Shown: positions 17,501 through 32,500 of the stretch, piece after piece
How positions within the stretch are numbered: the first letter of the stretch is position 1
Layout: each line of letters opens with the position of its first letter
NCBI GenBank assembly: GCA_046563655.1
Contig: CM102286.1
Coordinates: 248,001 to 312,000 of the forward strand
Direction: 5' to 3'
DNA from: Yuukianura sp. NJ FZ-2021
Lineage: Eukaryota
DNA length: 64,000 bases
Notes under the pieces: generated by a model
Database searches by the model: none
Told to the model about the DNA's origin: nothing
What the model saw: only the letters and a program-made list of their open reading frames with translations
Translations under genes and position numbers: made by a program

Positions 17501-20500
17501 AAAATTCGTGTCAGTTTTTTAACATAAATGATTTTTTGTACAGAAATTGACTTTTCTGATTGAAATTCGGAAGTTTCGAACATCATTTTCAAAAAGTCAG
17601 AAGTTATTACAATTTTGATGCTTTGTGGATCAGTATTTGCCGATTTCTGGTTTCAACTGAAGAATGCCGACATCTGGTTGTGGTTTTTAGCGTTCCGTGC
17701 GGTTTGCGTTGAGAAATGAAGGCCGAAGGCTCAGAGTGGCTCTTTCCATGCTTTTGTGAATATGTCAAGGTTTCGTTGTTGCAAAAATTGGCAAAATTTC
17801 TACAACGGTTTTGCACAAAGGCTTCCCATTTTCCCTTTGATTTGACATTTGCATTCGAATGGGGTCTAAAGATTTTGGACATTGATTGCAAAAAAAAGTA
17901 AAAGTAGGTTGAGGAAAAGTAGAGAAAAGTGTTCGTGTTCGCCTGTTTTGGAAAGTGGAATGGAGAAAGCAGGCCAAATTACAGTGAAAGCATCACTGAA
18001 ACTCACACGCAATTCTCCCTTTTTCCAAAAACACGTTTTTTTTAAAAATGGCTGCGCAAAGGTGCTAACAGTTTTCTCACATTTTCAAATTCAGTACAAA
18101 AAAGCTTACTTGAGTCTGCGCAGTTTGAAAAATGCGTGTTGAAATCAAAACTGTAACGATTTCTATCAAAAGCAAAACTTTTAGTTTTATTTTGTTACTT
18201 TTGAGTTGTCACATAATTTTGCAATTAGAAAATCATGTCAAGGAAAAGTAATCGTAAAGTTTTTACGTTCTCACAATTTCGAAATTAAGTTAGTAAATCT
18301 ATACTTTCTGCATAAGATTTGAATTTCGCAGAATTTCTGAAAATGTTAATTTTGGATTATGAAAAAGTTTCATGTCTGACAAAGTTGAAAAGACGTAGAA
18401 AATTGTGCTTAGAAGGAAGTGAAAGTTACACTACTGCTCAAATGCACGATACATGTCGTTTTAATGTCAGTTTTTGACCTGCAGAAACTTACGACCGCCA
18501 AAATTCCATTTTGATTACTTTCCTCAGGCGAAGGAATTTCAACTCCACCCATCATTTTTTGTTTCCATTTTTACTCGAAATGTCAAGGTGGAAAAACTTT
18601 GTTAAAAAAGCTGTCCAAATATTTATTAGACAAACGCCCAAAACTCAAAAAGAGAAAAGTTGGAAGAAAAAGAGAAAGTTGCCGCCCAGATTTGAGGGCG
18701 TGTCAGTTCAACTTGCAAAGTTTTTGCAAATGTTTCGTTCAAGAATTCCTTTTAACTTTTAACTTCAAAACCAGAAACGCTTTTTTTCAAATTGAGTGTG
18801 TTTCTGTTTGTTGATGTTTGACAGAAGAGAAAAGGAATGGTGACATGGACATGTTGACGGGATAAAGTGCTCCATTTCTCCTTCCGAGCAGGGTACTTTT
18901 AAGGGCTCCTTCTAAAAATATCATGTTGAGCTAACAAGGGACAGGGGCCCTTCAGGGTACCGCGCACTTTAACATGTCTGCCTGCGCCTGTTCGAATTCA
19001 ACAAAAATTTGTTTCTCTTTTATTCGTTTTAAAAACTGCAATCGGTGAAAGTTGGCAAAATTTCTCCAGTTTTAGGATTGTAATGAAGATGGAAATTTTA
19101 AAACTGCACTTCTAGTCTCAAAGTAGCCAAACTTTTTTTTAAACTTTTTTTTTTTTTGAAATTTGAATGTTTCCGCGGTTTGTGCCAAACTTGTGGTTGT
19201 GCTGTCACTGTTAGTCTGGAGGCTGGAGGAAGCAGGTGGAATTGAAAAGAAGTCGGTGGGAAAGTGGAATTTTCACTTTCTTCCAATCACTCTTCCGCTT
19301 CGCAGCAAGCTTGACAGTATCAACCATTTCATTAGACCCACTTCCCACCCGTCACCACCTCCTGTACACTGTCACCATCCACCATAACCACCCTAGTAAC
19401 CACTTATAACCACCCTAGTAACCACTTATAACCACTGCACTTAGAACTCAACAAATAGCATGTCTTTCAGTTACTCAAGATTTCATGTCGCAACATCTGA
19501 GAACAATTAGGAAATGGTTAAATGTCATCAAATATCGCAGCGCAGCATGTGCCATCCCACGTGAAATCCAGTTTTATATTTGTGCATTGCAGTTTTTATG
19601 TTTATTTATTCATTTTATGTATTTTTATTACTACTTTTTATGCCGTACTTTGGTGGTAAGGAAGTTTAGTATCGTCGATACCATCCAAGCGGAACCAATT
19701 CCAAGAAATTTGATGCTCAAAAAATTGCGGAACTTTTTTTAAAAATTTTCCTTGACACTGTTAGTACTTTGGATATTGCGACCACATGTTTAGGCATGTC
19801 GCTCCACTGCACCATATTTCACCATCCGCATCGACACTCACATTTATGCTGGTTTGAAGCATGTGCTGGCAATGCCCTCCAGACCAACACATCCAATTCC
19901 AATCTTTTCCCTTCCAACTTTCACTTTTCCCGCCTCATCTCATAAAAGTTCCATGAATTTCAATGAGCCTCTCCAAGATGAGATGACTGGATTAGCACAG
20001 GTACTTCACACTTTCAAACTCATTCCACCACCTTCTAAGCACAACTCTACATTTCCAGCATCTACTAAGCACAACTCTAAATTTTCAAATTCCCCACCAA
20101 CATCTTCACACGTCTCAGCTTTCCCTAATTGGCATCTGCCTTATTGCGCACATCTTCAAATGTGATGAGAATTATTAGGCGAAACGTAGATTCGATTCTG
20201 GAGGGAATTCGAATTTTTTTTTGAATTTTGATGGATTCTGTGATATCATTTCTCCAAATTCTCCATTTTTTTGCTAAAAATCTAAAAGCCTTTCAATCAA
20301 AATTTTCTCAATCTGGGAGAAACGAAGGAGGCGAAATTTAGTCAAATGGATTCTTTTCCTGACTTTGACGTTGTGACAAAGATGGGCACATGTGTCTCGC
20401 AAATTTAAAAAAATATGAAATTTATAAGGATTTATTGGTTTTTACTAAGAAGTGGGCTAATATGACAGTTTTTGGAAAACGGATTTGAACCATGTCGAAA

Positions 20501-23500
20501 CTGGCAAAAATTGGGCTAATGTGTTCACAAAATTATGTTTAGAACTAAAATTTTGAAAAGTGACTTTTTTAAATTTTGTTTTTAGCTGACTCCAGTTTCC
20601 TACTTGCAAACGCTCAAATCGTAGAGTTTCCAATTGTCTACTGCAACGAATCCTTTTGTAAAATATCAGGATACACGAGGGCTGAAGTAAGTAATTCAAA
20701 TTACACTTTTCAAATTAATTGAAATTAAACCCAATTTCCAAAATTAAATTTCAAAAACAATCTATTTCGATGATAGCTTTCCTCTTAAATTAAATCAACT
20801 TTTGACATTTGGATCCTCCCTGAAGCCAAAATTCTGATTCAAAATTTATGAAATTTCAATTTCTAAAATTTGAGTTTTGGTTTAGGTGATGCAAAAGGCA
20901 TGCCGTTGTGCCTTCATGTTTGGCGAACTGACAGACAAGGAGACCATTGCAAGGATAGACGAAATTCTGGAGAATCATTATCAAGACCAATTTGAGATTT
21001 TGTTATACAAGAAAAACAGTAAGTTCAAAAAATTTATTTTTCAAAATCAAAGTCAAAATTTATAAAAACCAAAATCTTCAAGGCCCCTCAAAAGTAAAAT
21101 TGGAAAACAAGAACAAAATTTGACTCAATCTTAAAAATTTGTGATAATAATATTTGAATAGTCCTGGCATGATTTTTTTTTAAAATATGAAAATATTTGG
21201 TGGCAAATTTGAAATTTGTTGTGTGTTGGATTTGATATTTTGTGCGTTTTGAGTTCCTTCCGCTCGATAAGTTTATGTAAAATGGGCCTGAGGTGAAAGT
21301 AGAGATTGAAAAGAGAAAGTTGCTGCTTTTGGAGAAGAGAAGATGATGATGGTGGCTGAATGTGATGGGGAGTGACGGATCCTTTGACAGGTTCAGAAAC
21401 AACCCGGTGAATGAAATTGGGTACAGACTGTGTACAGTAGTATGTTGAATCTTCTACCCCCAAACTTGGTCCCTTTTTGTGTCTACTGGACTAGACAGTG
21501 TGAGAATTTTCCGGAGGAGGAAGACTTGGGAGTGTTTGTCTGGTCCAGTATGCAGAACAGTCGCTTTAGAAATGGTTGTGTCGAGTATTTTAGACACTCC
21601 AAAAAGAAAAAGAAAAAAAAGACCTTCTTACTGGGATTCGATCTACTGTCCAGCATCGCTGCACTAATTTTTTGTTACACCCACTATCCACCTTACCATA
21701 TCCTAGTTTTTGTTGAACTACTGCTTAAATCTGTTTAATCTTTATGTCATGTATTCGTTATTCACTTTCTTTTATTTAACATCACTTACACCCACAATTC
21801 ATGTATTCGTTAATCTTGAAGTTTTCAATCTTATATTTCAATTTGATCAATCGGTTATACTATTAATGGGCGATTCATGGAACTTATCATAATAGGTTAT
21901 TTAAGATTTGGCTGCAAATCAATGACCTCAAAATTACCCCTCACATTTTCTTTTGATGCAATAGCTCAAAATTCTGAAGACTGTCAAAAAGTTCAAAATT
22001 TTGAAATTCTATGGAATCTGAGACGTAATTTTTCAACTTGAACTTATACGTCCCGTTTAGGTGATTTTTCGTGTAATTAAGTTAAAGTCTGGAAAAAACT
22101 ACTTCAGTGGGAAGTTTTTGAATTTGATGATATTTTTTTTTTGTAAAATCGTTATGGACCCCTGATGTCAAAGAAAATCCGCCTTTTTAAAAAAAAAAAT
22201 TATTCTTCCCTCAAAGATCTGTTAGGAAAGTTATTGGACGGATTTTGATGAAAATCAGTTTATGTTTATGTTTCTGGACTAGAATCTGAAGATAATTTTT
22301 CACTATACTTGGCCACCTAACCAAACATAAACATAAATTGACAAATCTCTTCATATTCGCATTGAGAACACTGAAATTAATGTATGACTCATTTTAATCA
22401 CTATATGCGGACGATAAAAAGAAATCTTTTTGACAAAATCTGGGGGGAAAATGGGAATGGATTTTTGTTAGTTTTCTTTTGGTATTATGAGCTCGGTAGG
22501 GCCTTCGCGACAAAAATTCATCAAAGTCAAAAAAATTCCACCGAATAAGGTATTTCCCCGGTTATAATTCCATTGCTCTTTTTCCGAAAACTCACCCAAG
22601 GTGGATATGTAAAACTGTATGACAGTATTTAAAAATTTTGAACTTCTTAACCGTTTCCAGCACTCTGCTCCGAACTCATTGGAGGTTATTTTGTGTGACC
22701 TGTCAATTTGCAGGCAAGTCAGCCAAACTTTCGAAATGGATCTTCTTTTTTTTCAAATTAAATCAGGGTTCGCCAAATGTTAGAAACGTCGTTTCTAACG
22801 TTAGAAACGTTGCTAGAAAAAGCCATGAAAAAACGCGCGGTTTTTTTATTCAAATTTTGATATATAAAAATTGACTTTGACAATTTTTCAAAGTGAAAAC
22901 GGAAATTGATTAAGTGAAAACAAATGACAACGGAAGACGTCGGCAAACAGTCGCTTACTCTCGCTCGATTTTCCGTTGATTTTGATTGTTTTAGTCAACT
23001 AAGCAACGATACCTCGTCAAAAAACCCAATCTGGAGTAAGTTTGAGCGTGAAGTTCTTTTTCGCGTCGCTAAACTTTTCTAACAAATCTAACGTTTCTAA
23101 CGTTATTTTCGGAAAATAACGTTTTTTTGCGAACCCTGAATTAAATTAACAATTCAAATAGGTTTAACAATAAATTTGCAATAAAATTTGAAATTTATTG
23201 TTGAACCTATACCCAGTATAACAGTTGAAAACATTTTAAGCCTTCCAAATGATACGAGGATGATTGGTTAAAGTTAAGTTAAAGATTTGGAGTACCGGAC
23301 TTGACACAATGCATTGCATATTCTGCATACGTAATTGTTTACAGGATGGAATGCATTCTTTTCTGTGCCGAATTCATGTCTACTGGAGTTTGAAAAATAG
23401 TAGGAGACCCACATCTTGTCCAAATGTTTAGGCACAGGTCAACCGACAGGAACCAATCTACACACGCTACGTCTAGTTAGAGGAGAGAGAGTTCACTAGA

Positions 23501-26500
23501 CATGAATTCGGCCTAAAATAAAACACCGGGAAATGCTGTCCAAAGTAGCTTCTGGAACGTCCTATCATCACAAATTCCAAAATTCAGTGGAGAAAGTCCG
23601 CCCGAGGCAAAGTGAAACCAAATACTCTCTCTTCCGGAAACCAACGAGGAAACTCAATCCAATTTCACGAATCTACACAAAGGATTTTACACAAACATAT
23701 GCACACAATCCACAACAAAATGAACAGTCTCGCTTTCAAAACTAACTTTACAGTCATTGGACCCAAAACACAAATTTCAAAAAAAAAATTGAAAGTTAAC
23801 AAAACACAAGAAGTGGAATTTTGGAATTTGAACGCTACGCCACTTCACCACCGTCCAGAAATTTGAAAAACACAAAAGCCTTTTATTTTTTTTAAGTTGT
23901 GTTCCCGCTTTTTGTTGTTGAGTGGCTCGAGTAGGTTAGTTATTTTAAAAATTTGGAGTTTAAAAGGAAACATTTTGAAAATGGGGCTGTTGAAAGTAAA
24001 GTAAATAATATTTAGGACTTGTTTTTTTTCTGGTAAAATGTAAGAGGCGCGAAAAAACAAAAAGAGTAGGAATTCGTAAGTATGGGCGGGAAAAAGTATA
24101 GTTTGTGATTCAATTTATGGAAGTGCTTCCTGTCAACCTAAATTATTCCCGCCTCACTCCTTTTCCTCCTTCTGTTTTTCAAATCCAACATTTTAACCTT
24201 TACTTTTACCAAAAATAAGGCGGGTCATTTCAAATTCAAACCCATTCTTCAATCACTTTTCAATGCAAATACATCCACAAAGCTCCCAAAGTCAAACCAA
24301 AATCAACTCCCAATGTGCTCCTTAACTTTTAAAAAAAATTCAAAAAGCACTTTTTCGAAACATAGGCCAACATCAACTAAATTGCAGAGTGTTTTCAAGG
24401 TTTGAAAAAGGACTTTGATTTGGGTTGCTCAAACTGCTTTTAAAAGTCAATACTTTTACATTTTTAACCCGCTTTTTAAAAATTCAGGACCGTCACTTTT
24501 AAACTGACCGCCGGGCACTTCGTGGTGACTTTTGAACTGTTTCGGTAAATAGTGCGGTTGGGTGTTAAAATATTGATAGTGCCCGAGGGAGTGGGTTGCG
24601 TCTGCGCAAATGGAAGTTCGTGAAATGTCAGAAGAAAGTCATGGATGGTTTGATTAATGTAAATTGAGTTTGTGGTTTGTTTGTGTCCGTTGGGATTTGT
24701 TCCTTTGCCCTCCATGTTCAAACTGTTTGGAGCCGAGGGAGTTGACGAGGTTTAAATAATTAAAGTCTCCGCACAGCCCTTGTGCATCTCACAAACAACA
24801 GATAAAACTTTTACGACGGCTTCACATGAGAAACCGTCCAACCACTGTCCAAATGGAACAGACTTAACTTTGTGGAAGGCTGTTTAGAGGTGTGTGCGTC
24901 CAGGAAATAAATAACAAGTTGGAGCAGTGCTGCAACCATTTTCAACGAGTCGTGGGTTCGAGTCTCGGCGAAGGTGCGCTCAATTGAAAGTTTGATGGTC
25001 ATCATATGAGAGAAACAAAACTGTAATTGATTCCCGTTTTCACAAAAGTGGTGGCGCACTATTCTAAAAACAGTTCTTTTAAAAAGAAAAAAAAGGTGGC
25101 GCACTATTCTGACAACGGTTGTTTTTTAAACTGGTGGAATATATTAAAAACAATTGCTTTGTTTAAAGTGGTAGCGCACTACTCTAAACAAAAGTTTTTG
25201 TTTTTAAAGTGTCGGTGCATGACTCTAAAAAGTTTCAAGTGAGTCAGCAACTGCAATCTGGAGAAATTTGGCTCACGTGACCTTTGACTTTAAAAGTCAG
25301 AGTTTTAATCCTAAAATGTGCGTGAATTAATAAATTTGTGTACTTTAGCTGGAAAGGGAAGCTACAAAAAGAGGGAAAGAGCGGTGCATGAGTCTATTTT
25401 AATGTTAATGATGATGAAGCCAGGAGAAAAAGTGTTTAATTCCGGAGTTTAATGAGAAAGAAGAGGAGAGTGGCGGTGGTTGTGGGTCTGATTAACGAGA
25501 GAAAGCAGGAGAAAGTAAATGAGAATGCACGAGAAAGCAGAAAATAATGGCACAGATCTCAAACCTTTAAGAGAACCAAAAAAAGCTAATCGATTGTTTT
25601 GCCAACCTCAGCTTTTTATGCTCAAATAAAACTCCCGCCTTAAAAAACTCAATTCCCATTAGACTAAGGCCCATCAAACCCACAATCTAAAGGGAGTAAC
25701 TATTCAAAACAAAAGTTGAAATAGCCTAACTTTTATTTAAAAAAAGAGCCAATTACATTATTAATATTTAAAAAAGGCGGGAGTGGAGTAAAATTTGAAA
25801 TGGCGGGTGTTCTGGTTAGGTTAGTAGCCTACTTTAAGTTAGGTTTTTAGTAGTCTGAGGCCATTATGCTTCGGGTAACAGAAGAGAAGGGAAGTCGTTT
25901 CTGGCCAGAGTCATGAATAAGTTTAGAGAGAAAGTCTGGTTTCTCTCTTTCTCCAAATGCAGAGACTCGAGGAAATGGAAATGCAGAATGTGAAATAGAA
26001 GTTGAGGAAATGGAAATGCAGAATGTGAAATGAGTGTTTCATTGTCATGGTAAAAGTGAGTAAGAGGGATGATACAGCAGCAGAGCAGTGTAGGTTACTC
26101 ATGTTTTTTGGGTTATGGAGAAAGTACTTTTTTGAAAACCCCATTTTTGAAAAAACGGAGTCTAAAGTTAGTGTTTGGGTTTTTGTTGGAGTGATAAGGT
26201 TATGTTGTGGATATAGAGCATTACGAGGAGCCATTAGATGGATAACAAAAAACTTTCTCCTGCCTTGGGAAATCTGGGCTTCTCCTTCTGGTTTAGTCTA
26301 TGCATTAGAGTATTAGGGCGTGTAGCACTGAAATTGGAATGTAGCACTGAAATGTAGCACTGAAATGTAGCACTGGAAGTGGAGGAAGAGAGAGGAAATG
26401 ATCGATTGAGAAGCAGAAGATTTATTATGGATTCGGGGGAAAGTACACCTGATGTTGCTAGGGAGAAAGCACAATGCAAAAGACTTATGTTCTAATTGGC

Positions 26501-29500
26501 CACAATTCAATCCAACACACCTCCACCTAATGTGGCTTCCCACAAAACTACTAAACGAAACAACCAACAAATTTCTGCACCTTAAAAAACTCAACAGAAG
26601 TTAGCTCAACAAAAAAGGGCAACAAAAAGTTGCCAATTAGATATTCTCTTTGTTCTGTTTGACTCTTTTTGGGGAAATTTGTATCTAGTGAGACTAAAAT
26701 TTGCTGATGTGTTTGTTGCTGAGGTTTTAGTTGTTGAAGTTTTTCTATAGTATGAATAGTATGGCTGTGGCTGTTAGCCAAACACGGAAAAAGTGAACAA
26801 CAAAAATTGATAATTTGAGATTTTTGTTTTACTTCAGTTTCACTTTTTTTTAGGAAAGACTGCGTCTAGTGAAACTGAAACTTGCTGAAGTATTTGTTGT
26901 GGATGTTTTTGTTGTTGAAGTTTTTGCACGGTTTGTTGAAGTATGGCAGTAGACGTAACCAAGTGGGTTGTTTTTTTTCTTGGATCAAAAGATGTTCTTA
27001 ACTTTCGTACCTTTTCTAACGTTACAATTACTTTCATTTCGAACTGTTTGTTATTTGCAGCAGGAACATGGAATACAGACGAAAATTTTAATTATAGTTA
27101 ATACAATTAATTACACCAATTTCAACAAATTACCTTTTTTGTGTTACGCCAAGTTTAACATATTACCAAACTACTAAAATATTTACTTTTAATTTTTTTA
27201 GAATTAAACTACAAAACTGCGATTATTTTCCAAAATCTTGAACTTTTCGACCCCGTTTGCAGTTTCCAAATTTTGGAAAAGCAACTAGACCTCTGCGAGC
27301 ATTTCGGAATAAAAATTAGTATAATTTGGACTTTTGTATTCCACTCTGCCTTGTTTCACACCACAGAATCGATAGCGGTTATTCTAAAATTTAGATTGGA
27401 TGATTATTTTGGCAACAGTTTCTGCCTTTTCTCACTTTTAGTTAACCCATAAAAATGGAGTTGGTGTAGTATTTCCATTTGGAGAAAGTTCCAAGTTTGA
27501 ATTCAGTTTGGATTTGTGTTTGCCAAAAAGTTTCCATTAGAGTATTGCTTAGGCCATAAAAGAGTTGGTGAAGGTAAAGAGAGTGGCTGTCTATTGATTG
27601 ACTCTGCGATGGATGTGTCCGTCATTGTCCAAAAAATGTAGGAAATTGAAGTGTCCCCTCAGTAATAGGGAAGGTGGATCAATACCGGAGGACCCCTTTG
27701 TCCACCCTCTTCAATAACAAACTTAAGACTCCTTCTGGACATGACTTTTCAAACAGAACAAGAACCCACCACTGGACTCTCGGTGGCTCACTTCTGGTGG
27801 CTCAAAAACTCCTGCCAAAGAAGAAAAGTCCATTTAACACAATTAGGCTCTTAACTGCCCCGCCATTCTTCTCTCTTTGGCAGAGCAAGTCCCTCGAGAC
27901 ACCAAAACCTAATGGAAAAGGACTTGAAACCACCAAATTTCAACCCGCCCCGCCAACTTGATTCATTGAATTAGGCATAGCATAAAATAGACTTGATTTT
28001 CGGTTTGACCCACCGCAAATTTTGTGGTGGAGCGAATGCGGTTTGGACGGAGAAGCTAAATTTCGGAACCAAGGTTTGTTGACTTTGATTTTCTTTAAAA
28101 GGTTGAGCACTACCTTTTGTTTTTTCGATTTTGCAAAACTTGGTACCAATTTTTGTTTCATCTTTTTTGTCAAAAAGTGAGGTACTACCCAACCTGTTAA
28201 AGAAAATTCATTTTTGGTTGTCGAGGAACCTTGTTTTGGAACGATCAACTCCGGATACTTTCTCTTTTTGCTTAATTTCATGGTTTGTGTTTAGGTTGTT
28301 AGCCTAACTGTTAGGTTTTAGCCTAACGTGAACCTAGTGACTTTTAGGCTAAAAGTGAATGTTGGAATGTGCTGAGTTATGGATGTGGTTGGGAAAAGAG
28401 TGAAAGTTGACCTCGTGGATTATAAATGAAGGTGTTCGGACACAAATTAGAGAAAGGAGAGAAAGGATTTTGAGGTTTGGAATGGAAAAGTAAGTGTCAC
28501 GACAGTGACACACAAAAAGTCAAACAACTTTTCCAAAAGGCCAGGCCTAATTCAATTTCAGACCAAATTAGCCCCAAAATTGGGACTTTTCTGATAAAAA
28601 ACAAAGTTTCGTGATGAAATTTTAAAAAATGTTTGGAATTTTTCCCTAGGAACTCCGCTATGGCTCCTATTACAGATTGCTCCGATCAAGAACGAGCGAG
28701 ATGTTGTGGTGCTGTATCTGTTGACGTTCCGGGACATTACTGCTTTGAAACAGCCCATCGAAGCGGAAGATTCCAAAGGCACCAGCACACTCTACAGTAA
28801 GATAACACACAAACATCCACAATTTTCAAAATACACACCAACGTCCAAAATTTTGAAATTTATACATACCAAGATCCAAAATTTTAAAATTTACCGCCTT
28901 ACCTTTAAGCTCCATCCAACCAAAAACATAAATTTGACACGCAGTGTGGATTTTCGGCTTAAACCAATTAGATAATGTCACAAATTTATTAAATTTATGA
29001 AACCATCGTTCCTAATTCCGAGTTTTAGTCAAACCCCAAGTTCCCTAATTCTTACTTTTAGTCAAAACCCATCATCATCCCTCAGTCTGAGTTTTAGTCG
29101 GAACCACAGCTGTGTACTTTGGGTGTTTGGCGGTTATTGGGTTCGACGAACCCTAAAACCCGGATTTTCCGATCACCGTGGTGTGACATGGATTTTGAGA
29201 AAGTGATTGATGAACGGGAATGTTCCGACGCTGATATTTTCTTCTCGTTTTGTCACTTTGAAGGTTTGAGCAAGTTTGCCAAATTGGCTCGATCTGTGAC
29301 CAGAAGTCGCTCAGTTTTGGCTTCCCAATTCTCTTCACACATTCCAGCCGCCAAGGAGCCATCAAGACAGTCAAACCTAGCTCACGTAAACCTTTTATGT
29401 CAATGTATTAACTTTTGGATGGAAACTTTAAAAAAATGCAATGTTGAATGTGCGTTTGAAACGTCATGTTTGGAAGTTAGGAATGTCTGTCAATTAAAAA

Positions 29501-32500
29501 CACGGTATGGCAAAATGTGTCTAATCCTCAGAATTGTGGTGCTTGTAAAATGTAACCCAGGATTCCGAGGAATAGTCACTCCAACTCATACCGCGTTTTT
29601 AGTTTATTGTAAGTTAGCATCCTAATGAGGGGAAAGCGGCATTTAAAAAAAAGGTAAAAATGGAGTTTTGCCTGGAGATTTTGAACTTTTTTGTTTTTGA
29701 AATTGTCAGATGATGAGTCTGAATGCGGACATTCTGCCGCAGTACCGTCAGGAAGCCCCCAAAACCCCTCCGCACATTCTCCTGCACTACTGTGCCTTCA
29801 AGGCCATTTGGGACTGGGTAATTCTCTGCCTCACTTTCTACACGGCCATCATGGTGCCGTACAACGTTGCCTTCAAGAACAAGACGTCCGAGGACGTGAG
29901 TCTCCTCGTCGTCGACTCCATCGTCGATGTCATCTTCTTCATCGACATCGTTCTCAACTTCCACACCACTTTTGTAGGGCCCGGCGGCGAAGGTGAGCGC
30001 CAACTTCAAAATTTCCAACTTTCAAATTTTGAACTTTTCATAATTTGAGCCTAATTTGGTGCAGTTGTCTCCGAGCCGAAAGTTATTCGTATGAACTACT
30101 TCAAGTCCTGGTTTATCATCGACCTCCTCTCTTGCCTTCCTTATGACGTGTTCAATGCTTTCGACCATGATGAAGACGTAAGTTCGAACCTTGGCAAGGT
30201 CACTTTTTTTTTTTTTTTAAAAAATCTATCAATAATGCGATGTTTGGCAATAGTCTCCCTGCCAAACTGCCAAAGAAGTTGTGCCGTGTTTTAGTGGAAA
30301 TTTCAGACCAGAGCCGGATAGCTCAATTGGTAGAGACCATCTTCCGGAGTGAAGGATGAGGGTTCGAGTCCCACTCGGTGCAATATTTTTTTTGCTCTGT
30401 AATTCTTGTCTCTCAAGCCATGTGAGCTTCCTAAACCTCACTCTACAAAGGTTTTGAAATGGAGGTTCACTTCCGACTCATAAAAGTGGATGATTAGTGT
30501 AGGGAGGACAAGAGAAGCTTTTATGGCGGGAAGTTAAAATTTGTGGGCGGGAGAGTCGTATTTCGGGGAATTCATAAACAAGTTAATGATTTAAGACAAG
30601 AAACTTGAATTCGCCGTCGCTTTTAAAACCAACTTTTACGACTTCAAATGAACGTGTAAGTAGTGGAGAAAGCGGCAGTGAGGAAAGTACTTTTCCAAAA
30701 AGCAATCGTTTTTCAAAAAATGGCTCTTTTGTGTTTTGTTTTTGTAAAAGCCTGTTCTTTAACTTTACCTTTTAAGAAAATTAAGTGCTGTCAAAGGGAG
30801 TCGGAATCAGAAAAGTAATGAACAAAATTAAAATGTCATTTCCCACTCCACTCTTCTCTTCGTTTTACAAAACTTCATCTTTCAAATTAAACTTTCAAAA
30901 GTAACTTTTTAGAAAATAAGGACCGGCGGGAAAGTTTTCCAAACCGGAAAACTCTTCAACTTTTGTGTTATTTTGTGGTTTTAGGCGGGCAGAGTTTTGC
31001 GCCGTCAAAAAATTTGTCGCTAGCTTGTACAACGCTGGAAAAGCCTTTCGCACTTCTCTTTCATTATGAATTATACACTTCAACTTTCTCCAAACTTTGG
31101 CACTTTACATTCATTCATTAACTTTACTTTAATCTCAATTGACTAAGGTCAGAGAAAAACTAAAACAAACTTTTTAAAAGAAGAGAACGCTAAAAGAGAA
31201 ATAAATCTTTTAGAAAACATACTTTTGTCATCCCTGATTACGATTTCTAAAACCACTGAAAAGTATTGAAGAAACTTTAAAATGCTTTCGAAATTTAGTC
31301 AAAAATGCTTCTTCTTTTTTTAATTTGAAATTTGAAATTTAACAATCCGCCGCCGGAAATGAAAGTTGTCTTGTTGACAAGCTATGAAAGACATTCTGAC
31401 AAGCGTATCTCGGTGTAGTAAGGCCGGAGGGCATGAAGATGCCACTTGTCGCTTCTTTTGCGACGTGCTGCTCCACATATTGAATTTTTTTAAAGAACAA
31501 GAGATAGAATTTTTTCAAAAAAGAACAGAAGATTGAATTTTATTTCTGTTTTTTCAGGGAATCGGAAGTTTGTTCAGTGCCCTGAAAGTGGTGCGTCTTT
31601 TGCGTCTGGGGCGCGTGGTGCGGAAGTTGGATCGGTACTTGGAGTACGGAGCAGCCATGCTCATTCTGCTCCTGTGTTTCTACATGCTGGTCGCTCACTG
31701 GCTGGCGTGCATTTGGTTTTCCATTGGGAATGCTGACATGGATGCTCAGTTGCAGTACGGTTGGCTCCAGAAACTAGCCAACCTCACGCAGTCGCCCTAC
31801 ATGATCTCCAACACGTCCATGGAGATGGTCAAGGGCCCTGCACGCAAGACGCAGTATGTCACCGCTCTCTACTTCACCATGACATGCATGACGAGTGTCG
31901 GATTTGGCAACGTCGCAGCAGAGACTGACAACGAGAAGATCTTCACCATCTGCATGATGATCATTGCTGGTAAGGTTTTCATGTTACGTACTTTTTTCAA
32001 GTTTTATAACTAAAAAACGCTACAAAAATAGTAATTTACCTTTGTTTTTTCCAAGGTTGCTTGACAACCGAATTGTATTTTTACAACAGGTTGTCCAATT
32101 ACTCAGGATTCTAAAAAATCTGAAAAAATACTTCTTTTCTTCCATTTTTTTCGATTTGTATTAAGCAACATGTAAATAATTATCATAGAAAGCTGCAGGA
32201 GAAAATTCTTTATGGAATTTTTAACAATTCTCAAAACATTGAGTTATTGGACAACCTGGTGTAGAAAACACATTTTTTTTTGTTTACGAACCTTGGTTTT
32301 TTCCGTCTCAGCACGTCAAATTCCAATTGGAAGACTGCACTACCTTATTTATCGGTGTATAACGCACGTAATGTTTTGTTCAGTATCACAATGAAATGCA
32401 AAAAGTGAAATTTATTTGAGTAGGCGTTATATGCCGACAAATAGGGTAAGTTCTATTTACAATTCAAATTTATGAAATCCTGCTGTTTTGGAAATTGTTT

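Noticed and set aside
21300..21740. Possible alternative eag exon or small gene in intron 3 (also 27674-27961)
   Set aside because: No recognisable homology and no convincing splice-site pair; needs transcript data.
30313..30393. Functional tRNA genes here and at 11764, 49579 and 51111
   Set aside because: Anticodon arms and acceptor stems do not fold canonically; treated as tRNA-derived repeats.
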